Source: a virus
Length of the DNA: 64,000 nucleotides
Reading direction: 5' to 3' (one strand)
IMG/VR virus record: IMGVR_UViG_3300025435_001056
Span: 32,001-96,000 of that record
This document shows, piece after piece, positions 19,214 to 30,783 of the stretch. Each line of letters begins with the position of its first letter. Position 1 is the first letter of the stretch. The position numbers were made by a program, and so were the translations under genes. The notes under the pieces are model-generated. The model was not told the DNA's origin. It searched no databases and saw nothing but the letters and a program-made list of their open reading frames with translations.

Positions 19214-19469
19214 ACAGTCGGTCTTGCTTGTTGTAATTTTATTAGTTGGCTGTGCAACTCACACAGCCTATCAACCTGTTGACATGACAACCTTTGTAGC
19301 AAGTTGTCCAGATGCTAAACGTCAAATTGATTTTTTAACTATAAAAATTGACGAGTATAATCAGTATCATCAAACTAATCCTCCTACATTGGAAGATCGT
19401 AGATACTACAGTAAGTTAAAAAATAACCTTTGGTCGCTTAGATCAACATGCTCCGCAAAATACCTTTAA
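19206..19469 (+). CDS. Lipoprotein
   Basis: Lipobox LVGC. Confidence 0.7.
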   Translation: MIKQSVLLVVILLVGCATHTAYQPVDMTTFVASCPDAKRQIDFLTIKIDEYNQYHQTNPPTLEDRRYYSKLKNNLWSLRSTCSAKYL

Positions 19470-20011
19470 TACTTTTGTTTGCGTCAACCGCAACACATGG
19501 TGAATGTTATGTGCGGTCGGCTGTGACCAATCAAACAGCCATGTCCATAGAGGCCGTTGCTGATGTAGATCCATTTGTAATTCCTATCAGCCCAACGCAA
19601 AATAAGTGTATAGTAAACTTTAGAGCACAAGTTAATGGCAAATGGATCACAGCCGAAGGTGAGCGGATTGGTCCAAGAAGCATGCCCGAAAAAGAGCTGT
19701 GCGATGGTGCCATTGATAGTGGACGCATACAAATACTAAGCCGCGCCAATGGTGGGCGCATGACTGTAGAACAAAACATGGTCTGTAATGACCAACCCGA
19801 AATAAAGGTCCGGTCAGTAAGACGTGGTGAAATGGTTCGTGAAAGCGAAGTTCGTCCACATCCAAACTTTCCTCGACCTTTTACATATCGAACCAGCCAA
19901 TGTCGTTGGTTTATTGAGCCCGAAGTGCATCCTGGTCGTGATTTACTACAACGCCAGGGTATTATTTGTCAAGTAAATGGTAACGAATGGCAGGTAGTTG
20001 ACAAATGGTAA
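19448..20011 (+). CDS. Secreted Cys-containing protein
   Basis: Signal peptide and six Cys. Confidence 0.7.
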   Translation: MLRKIPLILLFASTATHGECYVRSAVTNQTAMSIEAVADVDPFVIPISPTQNKCIVNFRAQVNGKWITAEGERIGPRSMPEKELCDGAIDSGRIQILSRANGGRMTVEQNMVCNDQPEIKVRSVRRGEMVRESEVRPHPNFPRPFTYRTSQCRWFIEPEVHPGRDLLQRQGIICQVNGNEWQVVDKW

Positions 20012-20026
20012 GGATTGTAGTATAAT
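19998..20026 (+). promoter_or_regulatory. Perfect sigma70 promoter TTGACA-N17-TATAAT
   Basis: Exact consensus. Confidence 0.85.
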
Positions 20027-20060
20027 GTTATTATTGAAACTAAACCCTAAGGGGAACAAG

Positions 20061-20792
20061 ATGAAAAAAGTATTGATTGCAACAGTTGTAACTGGTATGT
20101 TGACCGCATGTGGCACCAGTGGGACCAATTATAGTGCTATGTATTCTGGACAAGATAGTTTGAAAACAGCACAAATGAACTCGGCTATCGAGCAGGCACC
20201 TGGCTGGATGAGCAAGTTGCCCAAGGCACCCGGGTACATCTTTGAAAACGGTACGGCCACTTCAAGCGATTTTGGATTTGCTGACATGAAAGCCAAGGCC
20301 ATGGCCTATGCCAAGATTTGTACAGCCGCAGGCGGCAAGATCCGTCAACAGACCAAGATTTTTAAATCTGATTCGGGTGATGTCAGTGTAGATCACAGCG
20401 AACTGGCAATCCGTAGCATGTGCGCCGATGTAGACATTACAGGTGTAGAAACTGTAGAAATGAAACATGTGAGTGAAGGCAATCGCATTCGTACCTATGT
20501 GCTGGTAACACTACCCCTTGGTGACAAAAATGTGTTAAAGGCCACCAAAGACGCACAGGCTCGTGCACCAGAAGCATTTAAAGAGCTAGACGAAGTTACC
20601 TCTGGTAAAAAGGCCACTGAAGTTACACCAGTGACTCCACAAAAAAGTGATACCGTCAGTGTAGCACAACCAGATGGCACTACCAGTACGCTCAACTTGA
20701 TGCCGGTGGAAAATGCTGAATACCGAGCTCGTCGTGAAGAAGCACTGAAAAAGCCCGGAGCCGTAATCGGACAAGTTTCAGTAGCTAACTGA
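20061..20792 (+). CDS. Lipoprotein (LPP20-like)
   Basis: Lipobox LTAC; APGWM...GTATS..A..KA pattern. Confidence 0.7.
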   Translation: MKKVLIATVVTGMLTACGTSGTNYSAMYSGQDSLKTAQMNSAIEQAPGWMSKLPKAPGYIFENGTATSSDFGFADMKAKAMAYAKICTAAGGKIRQQTKIFKSDSGDVSVDHSELAIRSMCADVDITGVETVEMKHVSEGNRIRTYVLVTLPLGDKNVLKATKDAQARAPEAFKELDEVTSGKKATEVTPVTPQKSDTVSVAQPDGTTSTLNLMPVENAEYRARREEALKKPGAVIGQVSVAN

Positions 20793-20804
20793 TCGAGTAA
20801 ATAA

Positions 20805-22181
20805 ATGAACACCATAGACTTCAACGGTGATCAATTTAATGAGATCAAAGTGGCCGCAGACTGGATACGTGACTTAGAGAGTAGCGACAGTCGGTTACAC
20901 AAAGAATCAGTGATTGAGAAGGCCCTGATGGCAAGTAAGTTAGGGTCAGCTAATGCTCAATGTTTCTTGTTTAACTGTTATCAAGCCTACAACCCCTATT
21001 ATGTGTTCGGTGTCAAGAAAGTGCCCGAGACCGCAGGCTTAGAAAATCGACCCAATCCTTGGCCCAAGTTCTGGGCCATGCTAGAAGGCTTACGTACTCG
21101 TAGCCTTACCGGACACAATGCCAAGACCGCCATTGAGTTTATGAGCGAACAGTTTGATAGCGTAGAGTGGAACGGTCTAGCTCGCAGAGTCATCATCAAA
21201 GACCTACGCTGTGGTATCAGTGAAAAAACACTCAACAAAGTTCTTGGTAATACCGAATGGAAGATTCCGGTATTTACTTGCCAGCTGGCACAGGATTCTG
21301 GAGACCATCCTAGCAAGATGAAGGGTACTAAACGTCTAGAAGGCAAGTTGGATGGTGTACGGGTCATTGCGGTGGTATCTAAAAATACGGTAAATTTATA
21401 CAGCCGTAACGGCAAGCCATTTGAAAACTTTCCACAGATCGAACAGGCCTTAGATAGCATCGGTCAAGATCTAAGACGGCAATTGAATGTCAAAGGTATC
21501 CTTGTGTTGGATGGCGAAGTAGTGGGCAAGAGCTTTCAAGACTTAATGAAACAAGCACAACGCAAGACGGATGTCAGCACTGATGAAATGGTGTATCATA
21601 TTTTTGATTGGATGCCATTTGAAAACTTTAGTGAAGGTTTTTGGAACGCCCAACAGCGTAAACGCACACAAGCGTTAGAGTCAGTTCGCGAAACCGTTGA
21701 ACAATACGATTGCTTGACAGTGACCTCTGGTATCCTGGTAGACTTAGACCTAGCCGAAGGCCAGGATCAGTTGCGACGCTATGCCGATGATGCTATAGCC
21801 CAGGGGTTAGAAGGCATAATGATCAAAGAATGGGAAGCACCATATGAATGTCGTCGTAGTGCATTCTGGATGAAGTGGAAACCCACCATTACTGTGGATC
21901 TCAATATTGTGGGTTTTGAAGAAGGCACTGGTCGCAATACGGGCCGCCTGGGTGCTATAATATGTGAAGGAGTTGACAATGAAAGAACTATTAGTGTCAA
22001 TGTTGGCAGTGGCCTTAGTGACAGCAATCGTGATAGTTATTGGCTTGCCCGCAATCAGCTGGTTGGTCAAGTGGTCGAAGTCGAAGCTGATGCGGTAACT
22101 CAAAACCAAGACGGTACTTACAGTTTACGTTTCCCCCGTTTTATTCGTTTTCGTGGATTTGAACCTGGAGAAAAATTATGA
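20805..22181 (+). CDS. ATP-dependent DNA ligase
   Basis: EGKLDGVR, LDGEVV, EGIMIK, WMKWK, SLRFPRF. Confidence 0.96.
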   Translation: MNTIDFNGDQFNEIKVAADWIRDLESSDSRLHKESVIEKALMASKLGSANAQCFLFNCYQAYNPYYVFGVKKVPETAGLENRPNPWPKFWAMLEGLRTRSLTGHNAKTAIEFMSEQFDSVEWNGLARRVIIKDLRCGISEKTLNKVLGNTEWKIPVFTCQLAQDSGDHPSKMKGTKRLEGKLDGVRVIAVVSKNTVNLYSRNGKPFENFPQIEQALDSIGQDLRRQLNVKGILVLDGEVVGKSFQDLMKQAQRKTDVSTDEMVYHIFDWMPFENFSEGFWNAQQRKRTQALESVRETVEQYDCLTVTSGILVDLDLAEGQDQLRRYADDAIAQGLEGIMIKEWEAPYECRRSAFWMKWKPTITVDLNIVGFEEGTGRNTGRLGAIICEGVDNERTISVNVGSGLSDSNRDSYWLARNQLVGQVVEVEADAVTQNQDGTYSLRFPRFIRFRGFEPGEKL

Positions 22182-22294
22182 CAGCATGGATGATGGAACA
22201 CTGGTTTGTTGAAGCAGTATTGTGTATTGTAGCAGGATTTATCTTGGCTCGGATACTTTGCGTAGTGGCAGAACTCATGGATCGCAATGACTGA
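22178..22294 (+). CDS. 38-aa single-TM protein absent from the ORF track
   Basis: ATGA coupling, GGAG SD, hydrophobic stretch. Confidence 0.55.
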   Translation: MTAWMMEHWFVEAVLCIVAGFILARILCVVAELMDRND

Positions 22295-22487
22295 TGTAAA
22301 GTTTAAAGTCGGCGGAGAGGAAACACCCAACACCACTACATTTTTTTGTGGCGGGGTCGAAATGTTGCGGTTTAGTGACAAGGGCTTCTGGGTCCGCGGA
22401 AAGAAGATCCGCCAGAGTGACAAAGAAGCACAAGTAGTGTATAATAGCTTCAAAGAGTGGTTAACTTGGCAACACATTAGCAGATAA
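22287..22487 (+). CDS. Hypothetical protein
   Basis: EMLRF..xGFWVRG..A..VY..FKEWL phage family pattern. Confidence 0.65.
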   Translation: MTDVKFKVGGEETPNTTTFFCGGVEMLRFSDKGFWVRGKKIRQSDKEAQVVYNSFKEWLTWQHISR

Positions 22488-22495
22488 AGGACGAC

Positions 22496-23689
22496 ATGGC
22501 AACACCAGAACAAAAACAACAGTTAATTGACACACTCAAGTTTACACCCAGAACCTATCGTATCTCCATGTGGGGCTACGGTGGTGAAAAGGTTATGGGT
22601 ACGGTGGATCCCAAGGTTTGGGACTACTGTATGGAACACCAGGTTGATCTTAGTGATCTGGCCTGGGACTCAGATGCCGCTGAGAACATAGGGCTTGATC
22701 CAGATCAGTTACCGTTCTACCCCGGCTCGTGGTACGAGTGCGACAGCATGGGACATGTTCACGGTGTAAATCGCGACGCTGGTACCTTACAGATTGAAGA
22801 TGAAAACGGTGAAACTGTTCTTGAGAAAGAACTGGGCGAATTTGATGGTTGCGACGATAGCGCACAGCTCAACACCGACGATGAAGTTTGGATTGGAAGT
22901 CGTAAAAAAGGTGAAGTTGTATTTGTTGGAAGTTCAAACGAAAAGGGAACTTTCTTTGAAGCTGACTTAGAACTGACAGCACCATTTGATATTGAAAAGT
23001 TAGAGCTACACATTTCGGACTTTGACGGTGAGGAAATTGTGCATGGCATCAGTTACGATGGTGAAGACATCGACAACTGGGGCGGTTCAACAGATGGTAA
23101 GAGTTCAGACTTTGTCATGGTGCGTATGATCGACGACGAAGGCAACTTTGAGCGATATGAACCCGGGGAGAAGGACTGGGGTCACCCCGAATACGGAACC
23201 AGCCCCGATAGTTGGGAAAAAACTGTGGAGTTTAAGTTTGCCAAACACAAACCGGTACACCCGGGCTATTACAATGCTGTCTACAGTAACTTTGGCACTA
23301 CCTATGGTAGCTTATATTGGGATGGCAAAAACTTTGGTGAGTGGGAGTTTGGCAAGTTCAAACCCATTGCTGGCGTAGATCGTTGGTCCGGTTATAACTG
23401 GGACACCAGCTCATGGTCTAATCGTCCGCCCGAGCCACCGAACCTTACATGTGATAACAAAGAGTGCAGTTGGGTAGGTATGAGTGAAGAACGCAATACT
23501 GACGACGATTACACGGATCATTGTCCTGAATGTGACGGTACTGAGTTTAGCTGGATTGATTATGATCCCAACACCAAAGAAGGCCGCGCCAACCGTAACA
23601 AATATTGCTATACCGGTGATGTAGCGGACTTGGAAAAGGCATTGAAAGAACTCAAAGCAGAATTTGAAGCACTGTGTGAAGAAGACTGA
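22496..23689 (+). CDS. Acidic multi-domain hypothetical protein with C-terminal Zn ribbon
   Basis: D/E/W-rich; CDNKEC...CPEC. Confidence 0.75.
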   Translation: MATPEQKQQLIDTLKFTPRTYRISMWGYGGEKVMGTVDPKVWDYCMEHQVDLSDLAWDSDAAENIGLDPDQLPFYPGSWYECDSMGHVHGVNRDAGTLQIEDENGETVLEKELGEFDGCDDSAQLNTDDEVWIGSRKKGEVVFVGSSNEKGTFFEADLELTAPFDIEKLELHISDFDGEEIVHGISYDGEDIDNWGGSTDGKSSDFVMVRMIDDEGNFERYEPGEKDWGHPEYGTSPDSWEKTVEFKFAKHKPVHPGYYNAVYSNFGTTYGSLYWDGKNFGEWEFGKFKPIAGVDRWSGYNWDTSSWSNRPPEPPNLTCDNKECSWVGMSEERNTDDDYTDHCPECDGTEFSWIDYDPNTKEGRANRNKYCYTGDVADLEKALKELKAEFEALCEED

Positions 23690-23849
23690 TTGGTATTTGG
23701 CCAGCATTAAACCTGTCCGGGTGGGTTGGTATGAAGTACGATTACGCACTTGGCCTTGGCCTGTTATGATCAAGTGGACTCGTCGGGGTTGGAAGCACAG
23801 TATCATACACGTCAAACAATGGCGAGGACTGAAAGAGAAAATTAAATGA
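23664..23849 (+). CDS. Trp-rich small hypothetical protein
   Basis: KPVRVGWYEV...WRGL; start uncertain (GTG 23676 possible). Confidence 0.6.
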   Translation: MKHCVKKTDWYLASIKPVRVGWYEVRLRTWPWPVMIKWTRRGWKHSIIHVKQWRGLKEKIK

Positions 23850-24049
23850 GCATTATATTATTCATGGCCGCAATGTTTTGCGGTTTTATAGCCGGTCGAG
23901 TCAGTGCAAAGAATGAGCCACTGCTGCCTACGGACAACGAATTACAACTCACAGAAAAACTTACTGTGGCTCAAAATTTAAACAACAGTCTTTTGGTAGA
24001 TTTACAAGAGGCAAAACAAACTATTTGGAAATTAAAAAATGCAAGTTAG
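23846..24049 (+). CDS. Small TM plus coiled-coil protein
   Basis: Hydrophobic N-terminus followed by heptads. Confidence 0.6.
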   Translation: MSIILFMAAMFCGFIAGRVSAKNEPLLPTDNELQLTEKLTVAQNLNNSLLVDLQEAKQTIWKLKNAS

Positions 24050-24245
24050 AAAAACAGCGGACGGCAAAGTGTTTGCCTTGTGTGGGTGTGGTCGTAGCCC
24101 GACAGGCGATTGTATTGGATGGCACTCGCTTACAGAAGAAGCTTATCAGGCCAAACGGGCCGAACATGAACTAAATGAATATCGAAAACAAGCCGAGAGT
24201 CTTTGGTTTGAAGGTGGCTCGTGTACCGGAGGTCGATCTGAATGA
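24039..24245 (+). CDS. CDGSH-type (NEET-like) Fe-S binding protein, variant motif
   Basis: ALCGCGRSPTGDCIGWH matches C-x-C-x2-S-x4-C-x-G-x-H. Confidence 0.7.
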   Translation: MQVRKTADGKVFALCGCGRSPTGDCIGWHSLTEEAYQAKRAEHELNEYRKQAESLWFEGGSCTGGRSE

Positions 24246-24466
24246 ATACTATTAAAATCCTAGCCGAAACCATTGATAACCTTTGGTTTTGGACTTATGG
24301 TATTGTAGCCGGTTGGGGTCTTACTGTTACTGTAGTCATTGTGGCCTTGGTAATCCTAACTGTTCGCACTATTAACTTACAGCGACGTATTGATGCGTTA
24401 GAATCAAGACTCATACACGCCGAACGTGATTACAACCTTACTGTTAACAACTGGAAACACCGATAA
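24242..24466 (+). CDS. Small membrane protein
   Basis: One long TM segment plus coiled coil. Confidence 0.65.
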   Translation: MNTIKILAETIDNLWFWTYGIVAGWGLTVTVVIVALVILTVRTINLQRRIDALESRLIHAERDYNLTVNNWKHR

Positions 24467-24476
24467 ATATTCTATT

Positions 24477-26399
24477 ATGCTATTTGCTTATTTTATCCTG
24501 GCTGTTGCGCTACTGATCGAAACAGTTGGTGCTTACTACAGTATCACTGGTCTGGCCGCAATTTTTTCGGGTGCGGTTATCCCAATCATGATCATGGGCG
24601 GTAGTTTAGAGTTAGGTAAGATTACCGCCGCAGTCTGGTTAAAGAACAACTGGAATCGTGCCGGTGCTACCTACAAGATGTATCTCCTGCCCGCAGTGGC
24701 CATGCTGATGTTGATCACCTCAATGGGTATTTTTGGCTACTTGAGCAAAGCTCACAATGATCAGAACTTAGTAAGTGGCGACATTCAATCAAAAATATTG
24801 ATTTATGATGAAAAAATTAAAACTTCTCGCGATAACATTGAAGCTGATCGTAAACAACTGCGCCAGATGGATGAAGCAGTAGACCAGATTATGTCACGCT
24901 CGACTACCGAAGGTGGCGCCGACAAGGCCAATGCTGTGCGCAAGAGCCAGTCAAAAGACCGTAGCGCACTGGCCCGAGACATTGAATACAACCAGAAACA
25001 GATTGCCACTCTTAACGATCAAGCCGCACCCATCCGTGCCGAGAATCGCAAGGTTGAAGCCGAAGTAGGTCCAATTAAATATATTGCCAAACTGATTTAC
25101 AGTGACAATCCTGATGCCAACATATTAGAAAAAGCAGTGACCTGGGTGATCATGATCATTGTGGCTGTATTTGATCCTTTGGCACTTGTCTTGATTTTAG
25201 CGGCACAGCAGAGCATACGTTGGGCACGAGGAAAAGATCAGGATAAACCAGAAGAGTCAGTAGAATCATGGTTCGAGCGTATTCAAAAACGTGCTCGTTT
25301 TTGGAATCAACAAAAAAAACTCGATACTAAAGAAGAGATAGATGAAACTCAATACTACATTGGCAATTTAGAGGATGCAGAACCAGTGGTAGATCAACTT
25401 GTCGACATATCCCCGGAAGATTATTATTGTGCCATGGGTCTGTTTGATCGACACTACTATCAAGATCCTGGAATTAATGATTCTCTTACTAAAAATGTTG
25501 CTGACCATGCGCCCGATGATGGTCTGCTAACCAAAGATCAAATTGCTCAAATTCGTAAAATATCCAATAATGATTTACCGACAGGTCAAATTATTGCCAA
25601 GGAATTGATATTTACAGACCTTAGAGAACAGAATTCAGAACTGCCTACTTTTACCACTATTTTGGATAACAATACGGTACAACTATCAAAGGAAGATCCA
25701 CGGACGCTTGCAGAGTCTACTCTGGAAGAAGACGAAGCCTTTGATGAATTGACTAAAAAACAAGAAATCAATACTCAGTCACAACCTTCTGGTTGGATGT
25801 TTACCGAAATGCCACATCCTACATCCATAGTTGAATCAACAACAGATCCCTTAGCACATATTGAAATACCTGAAATACATCCTGACGATCATCTACAGCG
25901 ATTGGCTAAAAATTTATTCATGTCGGGCAATGCCGATCAGGATGAACGAGTATTTCATGCACAACATCAAGCTGGTGAAATTGATCAACTGCCATGGCTC
26001 ACTGAAGAACATATCAACAACATGCCAATCAGTGATGGAGAGCGCAAGCATTTAACCGATAGATTTGTCAAAACTGCAATACCCGTACCTGAATTGGGTC
26101 TGGAACCTGACAACGTAATGGCTCGACTTGCTGGCGAAGTGCGTGGGTTTGGCATACAGTTTCCAACCAACGTCAAAAAGGGCGATATGTTTTTACGAGT
26201 GGATCGCTTACCCAGCATATTATACAAATACAACGGCGTCAACTGGATCGAAGTGGACAAATCTCTTACCGACAACCACGCCTACGACGAGGCCTATATT
26301 GACCATTTGATTGCCAAAATTGATTCAGGGGAGTATGATCCTGAGCTATTAAGCGACGCCGAGCGTGACAGCATTGAACGACGATTACAACAACTATGA
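24477..26399 (+). CDS. Multi-pass membrane protein with periplasmic coiled coil and long acidic tail
   Basis: Three N-terminal TM segments, coiled coil, fourth TM (IVAVFDPLA); start reassigned to ATG 24477. Confidence 0.75.
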   Translation: MLFAYFILAVALLIETVGAYYSITGLAAIFSGAVIPIMIMGGSLELGKITAAVWLKNNWNRAGATYKMYLLPAVAMLMLITSMGIFGYLSKAHNDQNLVSGDIQSKILIYDEKIKTSRDNIEADRKQLRQMDEAVDQIMSRSTTEGGADKANAVRKSQSKDRSALARDIEYNQKQIATLNDQAAPIRAENRKVEAEVGPIKYIAKLIYSDNPDANILEKAVTWVIMIIVAVFDPLALVLILAAQQSIRWARGKDQDKPEESVESWFERIQKRARFWNQQKKLDTKEEIDETQYYIGNLEDAEPVVDQLVDISPEDYYCAMGLFDRHYYQDPGINDSLTKNVADHAPDDGLLTKDQIAQIRKISNNDLPTGQIIAKELIFTDLREQNSELPTFTTILDNNTVQLSKEDPRTLAESTLEEDEAFDELTKKQEINTQSQPSGWMFTEMPHPTSIVESTTDPLAHIEIPEIHPDDHLQRLAKNLFMSGNADQDERVFHAQHQAGEIDQLPWLTEEHINNMPISDGERKHLTDRFVKTAIPVPELGLEPDNVMARLAGEVRGFGIQFPTNVKKGDMFLRVDRLPSILYKYNGVNWIEVDKSLTDNHAYDEAYIDHLIAKIDSGEYDPELLSDAERDSIERRLQQL

Positions 26400-27598
26400 C
26401 CAATACTTTAGTTCATTGTAGTTTTTGTGTCAAACACAAAGACCAGGTGGGTAAATTAATTGTAAGCCAGGACGTAGCTATCTGTAGCGAATGTGTCGAA
26501 CTTTGCAACAATCTACTCAAAGACAATCGCAAGCCCGTACTTAAATCTAGATCTGATCCATCTGTTCCGGATCCCTTGGCAATAAAACAATATCTTGATC
26601 AATATGTGGTAGGTCAAGATCAGGCCAAAATAGTGCTTAGTGTTGCAGTAACCAATCATTTTAAACGCATTATTCGTGGCGGCACTGACCTACAAAAAAG
26701 TAATGTACTCATGATTGGGCCAACTGGTACCGGAAAAACACTCATGGCTAGCACTGTGGCTCGTTACTTAGATGTGCCATTTGTGATCGCTGATGCTACC
26801 ACATTAACCGAAGCTGGCTATGTAGGCGATGACGTGGAAAGTTTAATTACTAGATTGTACACTGCTGCTGATAGTAACATTGAACGATGTCAACGCGGTA
26901 TTGTGTTTCTGGATGAAATTGACAAGATATCCAGAAAAAGCGAAAGTGCCACAGTAACCAAGGATGTATCGGGCGAAGGAGTACAACAGGCTCTGCTCAA
27001 ATTAGTAGAAGGTACACGATGCCGCATTTCAACACAGGGATCAAAAAAAACCAGCTCAGCTGACACTGTGGAAATTGACACTACCAATATCTTGTTTGTA
27101 GCCAGCGGCGCATTTGTAGGCTTGGACCAAATTGTACAAAAAAGAAAACAAGGTACATCTATTGGATTTAATTCTGGCATAGCCAATAACAAAAATGACA
27201 ATCTTACCGAAGTAGTACCGGATGACCTGGTCAGTTACGGTATGATTCCTGAATTTGTAGGACGCTTTGGCGGATATGTAAGCCTACATGGGCTGGACAA
27301 AATGCAACTGATTAGTATTTTGACTCAGGTTAAAAACAATTTTGTAGCCCAGTATCAATGGTTGTTTGATCAAGATGGTGTAAGTTTAGAATTTGATGCA
27401 GAAAGCTTGGATCTTATAGCCGAGCGTACACTTGAGACTCGTACTGGTGCACGAGGTTTGCACAGCGAATTAGAACGCATCCTGTTACCACACATGTTTG
27501 ATCTGCCACGATATAATCGGCAAAATATACTGAAAATTATAATCAACAAGACCCAGGTAAATACTCCTATGACACTACTATTACAGGAAAATTTGTGA
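26396..27598 (+). CDS. clpX: Clp protease ATPase ClpX
   Basis: CSFC..CSEC zinc domain, [20 protein letters not shown] loop, GARGL. Confidence 0.95.
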   Translation: MTNTLVHCSFCVKHKDQVGKLIVSQDVAICSECVELCNNLLKDNRKPVLKSRSDPSVPDPLAIKQYLDQYVVGQDQAKIVLSVAVTNHFKRIIRGGTDLQKSNVLMIGPTGTGKTLMASTVARYLDVPFVIADATTLTEAGYVGDDVESLITRLYTAADSNIERCQRGIVFLDEIDKISRKSESATVTKDVSGEGVQQALLKLVEGTRCRISTQGSKKTSSADTVEIDTTNILFVASGAFVGLDQIVQKRKQGTSIGFNSGIANNKNDNLTEVVPDDLVSYGMIPEFVGRFGGYVSLHGLDKMQLISILTQVKNNFVAQYQWLFDQDGVSLEFDAESLDLIAERTLETRTGARGLHSELERILLPHMFDLPRYNRQNILKIIINKTQVNTPMTLLLQENL

Positions 27599-27816
27599 AG
27601 CACTACGGCAAAAAGGTACTGGTCACTGACGGCAATGTAGAAAAAGCTCTGCGCAAATTCAAGAAAAAAGTCTTGGAATCTGGCCTGTTGGATGATCTCC
27701 GCGCCAGAGAAACCTACGAAAAACCCACCACCGAACGCAAACGCAAAAAAGGTGCTGCTCGTGCCCGTTGGCGCAAACAACTCCGTAGTCAACAGCTTCC
27801 AAAAAAACTTTACTAA
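27595..27816 (+). CDS. rpsU: 30S ribosomal protein bS21
   Basis: [13 protein letters not shown]...[14 protein letters not shown]; late promoter TAAATA at 27558-27563. Confidence 0.92.
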   Translation: MKHYGKKVLVTDGNVEKALRKFKKKVLESGLLDDLRARETYEKPTTERKRKKGAARARWRKQLRSQQLPKKLY

Positions 27817-28040
27817 TGTATCTTGAGTTTCAACTGCCAACCGATGGCGGGTATGATGCCACTCTGGCAGCATATAAAATAGCCATATCTCGCTGGGCAA
27901 CAACACAAGGGATTAATTACGTAGATAAAAATATCAAATACAAGTATCGTATTACTTTTAATCAAGATCAACACTATACTATTTTTACTTTAACCTGGAA
28001 TGGTCAATTTGAATATAAAATAATTGACAACAAGTGGTAA
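27816..28040 (+). CDS. Hypothetical protein
   Basis: TAATG coupling. Confidence 0.6.
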   Translation: MYLEFQLPTDGGYDATLAAYKIAISRWATTQGINYVDKNIKYKYRITFNQDQHYTIFTLTWNGQFEYKIIDNKW

Positions 28041-28118
28041 AAGTGTTATAAATATACAAGTAGATGCCCAGGTGGGGTCTACTTTATTACTTGCTTATTT
28101 TTAAGGAGAAATTACATG
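28024..28118 (+). promoter_or_regulatory. Dual promoter plus ROSE-like structured leader, copy 1
   Basis: TTGACA-N17-TATAAA overlapping TATAAATA; hairpin AAGTAGA..TCTACTT; CTTGCTTA pairs with TAAGGAG. Confidence 0.65.
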
Positions 28119-28183
28119 TCAAAGCAAATCTATCTGACCTAGCGTCACACTCCCAAAAATTTATTCAATTAACAACATAGTTG

Positions 28184-28212
28184 TTGACACATTCCTCTGT
28201 TTGTGTTATACT
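28184..28212 (+). promoter_or_regulatory. sigma70-type promoter for groES-groEL (TTGACA-N17-TATACT)
   Basis: Consensus match and spacing. Confidence 0.75.
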
Positions 28213-28255
28213 CTATTGTTGTAGCATTATCATTTTACATTTAAAAGGAGTTGTA

Positions 28256-30191
<1,936 letters not shown>

Positions 30192-30213
30192 TTGATAGAT
30201 TAAACAAATCTAT

Positions 30214-30289
30214 TATAAATAATAGTGTGGATGCCGATGGTCGGGTCCACACTATGTCACTTCGTTTATTTTAAAGGAGAAAAACTATG
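30214..30289 (+). promoter_or_regulatory. Late promoter plus ROSE-like RNA thermometer leader, copy 2
   Basis: TATAAATA; hairpin ATAGTGTGGA..TCCACACTAT; CTTCGTTTA pairs with TAAAGGAG. Confidence 0.7.
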
Positions 30290-30727
30290 ACAAGACTTAC
30301 AACTATGGATCTCAATCCATTCTATCGCAATTCTGTTGGCATAGATCGATTATTTGATCGTTTGATGCACCAAGTAGACACTGCCAGCTCAACTAACTAT
30401 CCGCCTTATAACATCTTAAAAACTGGAGACAACAGTTATAAGATTGAAATTGCTGTGGCTGGATTTACACAAGGTGAAGTTACCGTCAGTGTAAACGAAG
30501 GCAACTTAGTGGTCACTGGAGAAAAAGCCGACACTGCATTACCTCAAAGTGTTACCTACGAACATCAAGGTATTAGTGCCCGTCGTTTCCTGCGCTCATT
30601 TACCTTGGCCGACTATGTGGAAGTAACCGATGCTGTCAGCCGAGATGGTATTTTAACTATCACTCTTGAGCGCCAGCTTCCTGAAGCAATGAAGCCTAAA
30701 ACCATTGCGATCTCATATGAATCGTAA
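30287..30727 (+). CDS. Small heat-shock protein (Hsp20/IbpA-like)
   Basis: NYPPYNI, IEIAVAGF, HQGISARRF.RSF.L, DGILTI.L. Confidence 0.95.
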   Translation: MTRLTTMDLNPFYRNSVGIDRLFDRLMHQVDTASSTNYPPYNILKTGDNSYKIEIAVAGFTQGEVTVSVNEGNLVVTGEKADTALPQSVTYEHQGISARRFLRSFTLADYVEVTDAVSRDGILTITLERQLPEAMKPKTIAISYES

Positions 30728-30783
30728 TACAATAGTGTAAATACAGTGGAGGGCATACAGCTCTCCACTATAATAAAGGATAA

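Noticed and set aside
28140-28255. CIRCE or sigma32 control of groESL
   Set aside because: No TTAGCACTC-N9-GAGTGCTAA and no convincing sigma32 boxes seen; a sigma70-type promoter is present
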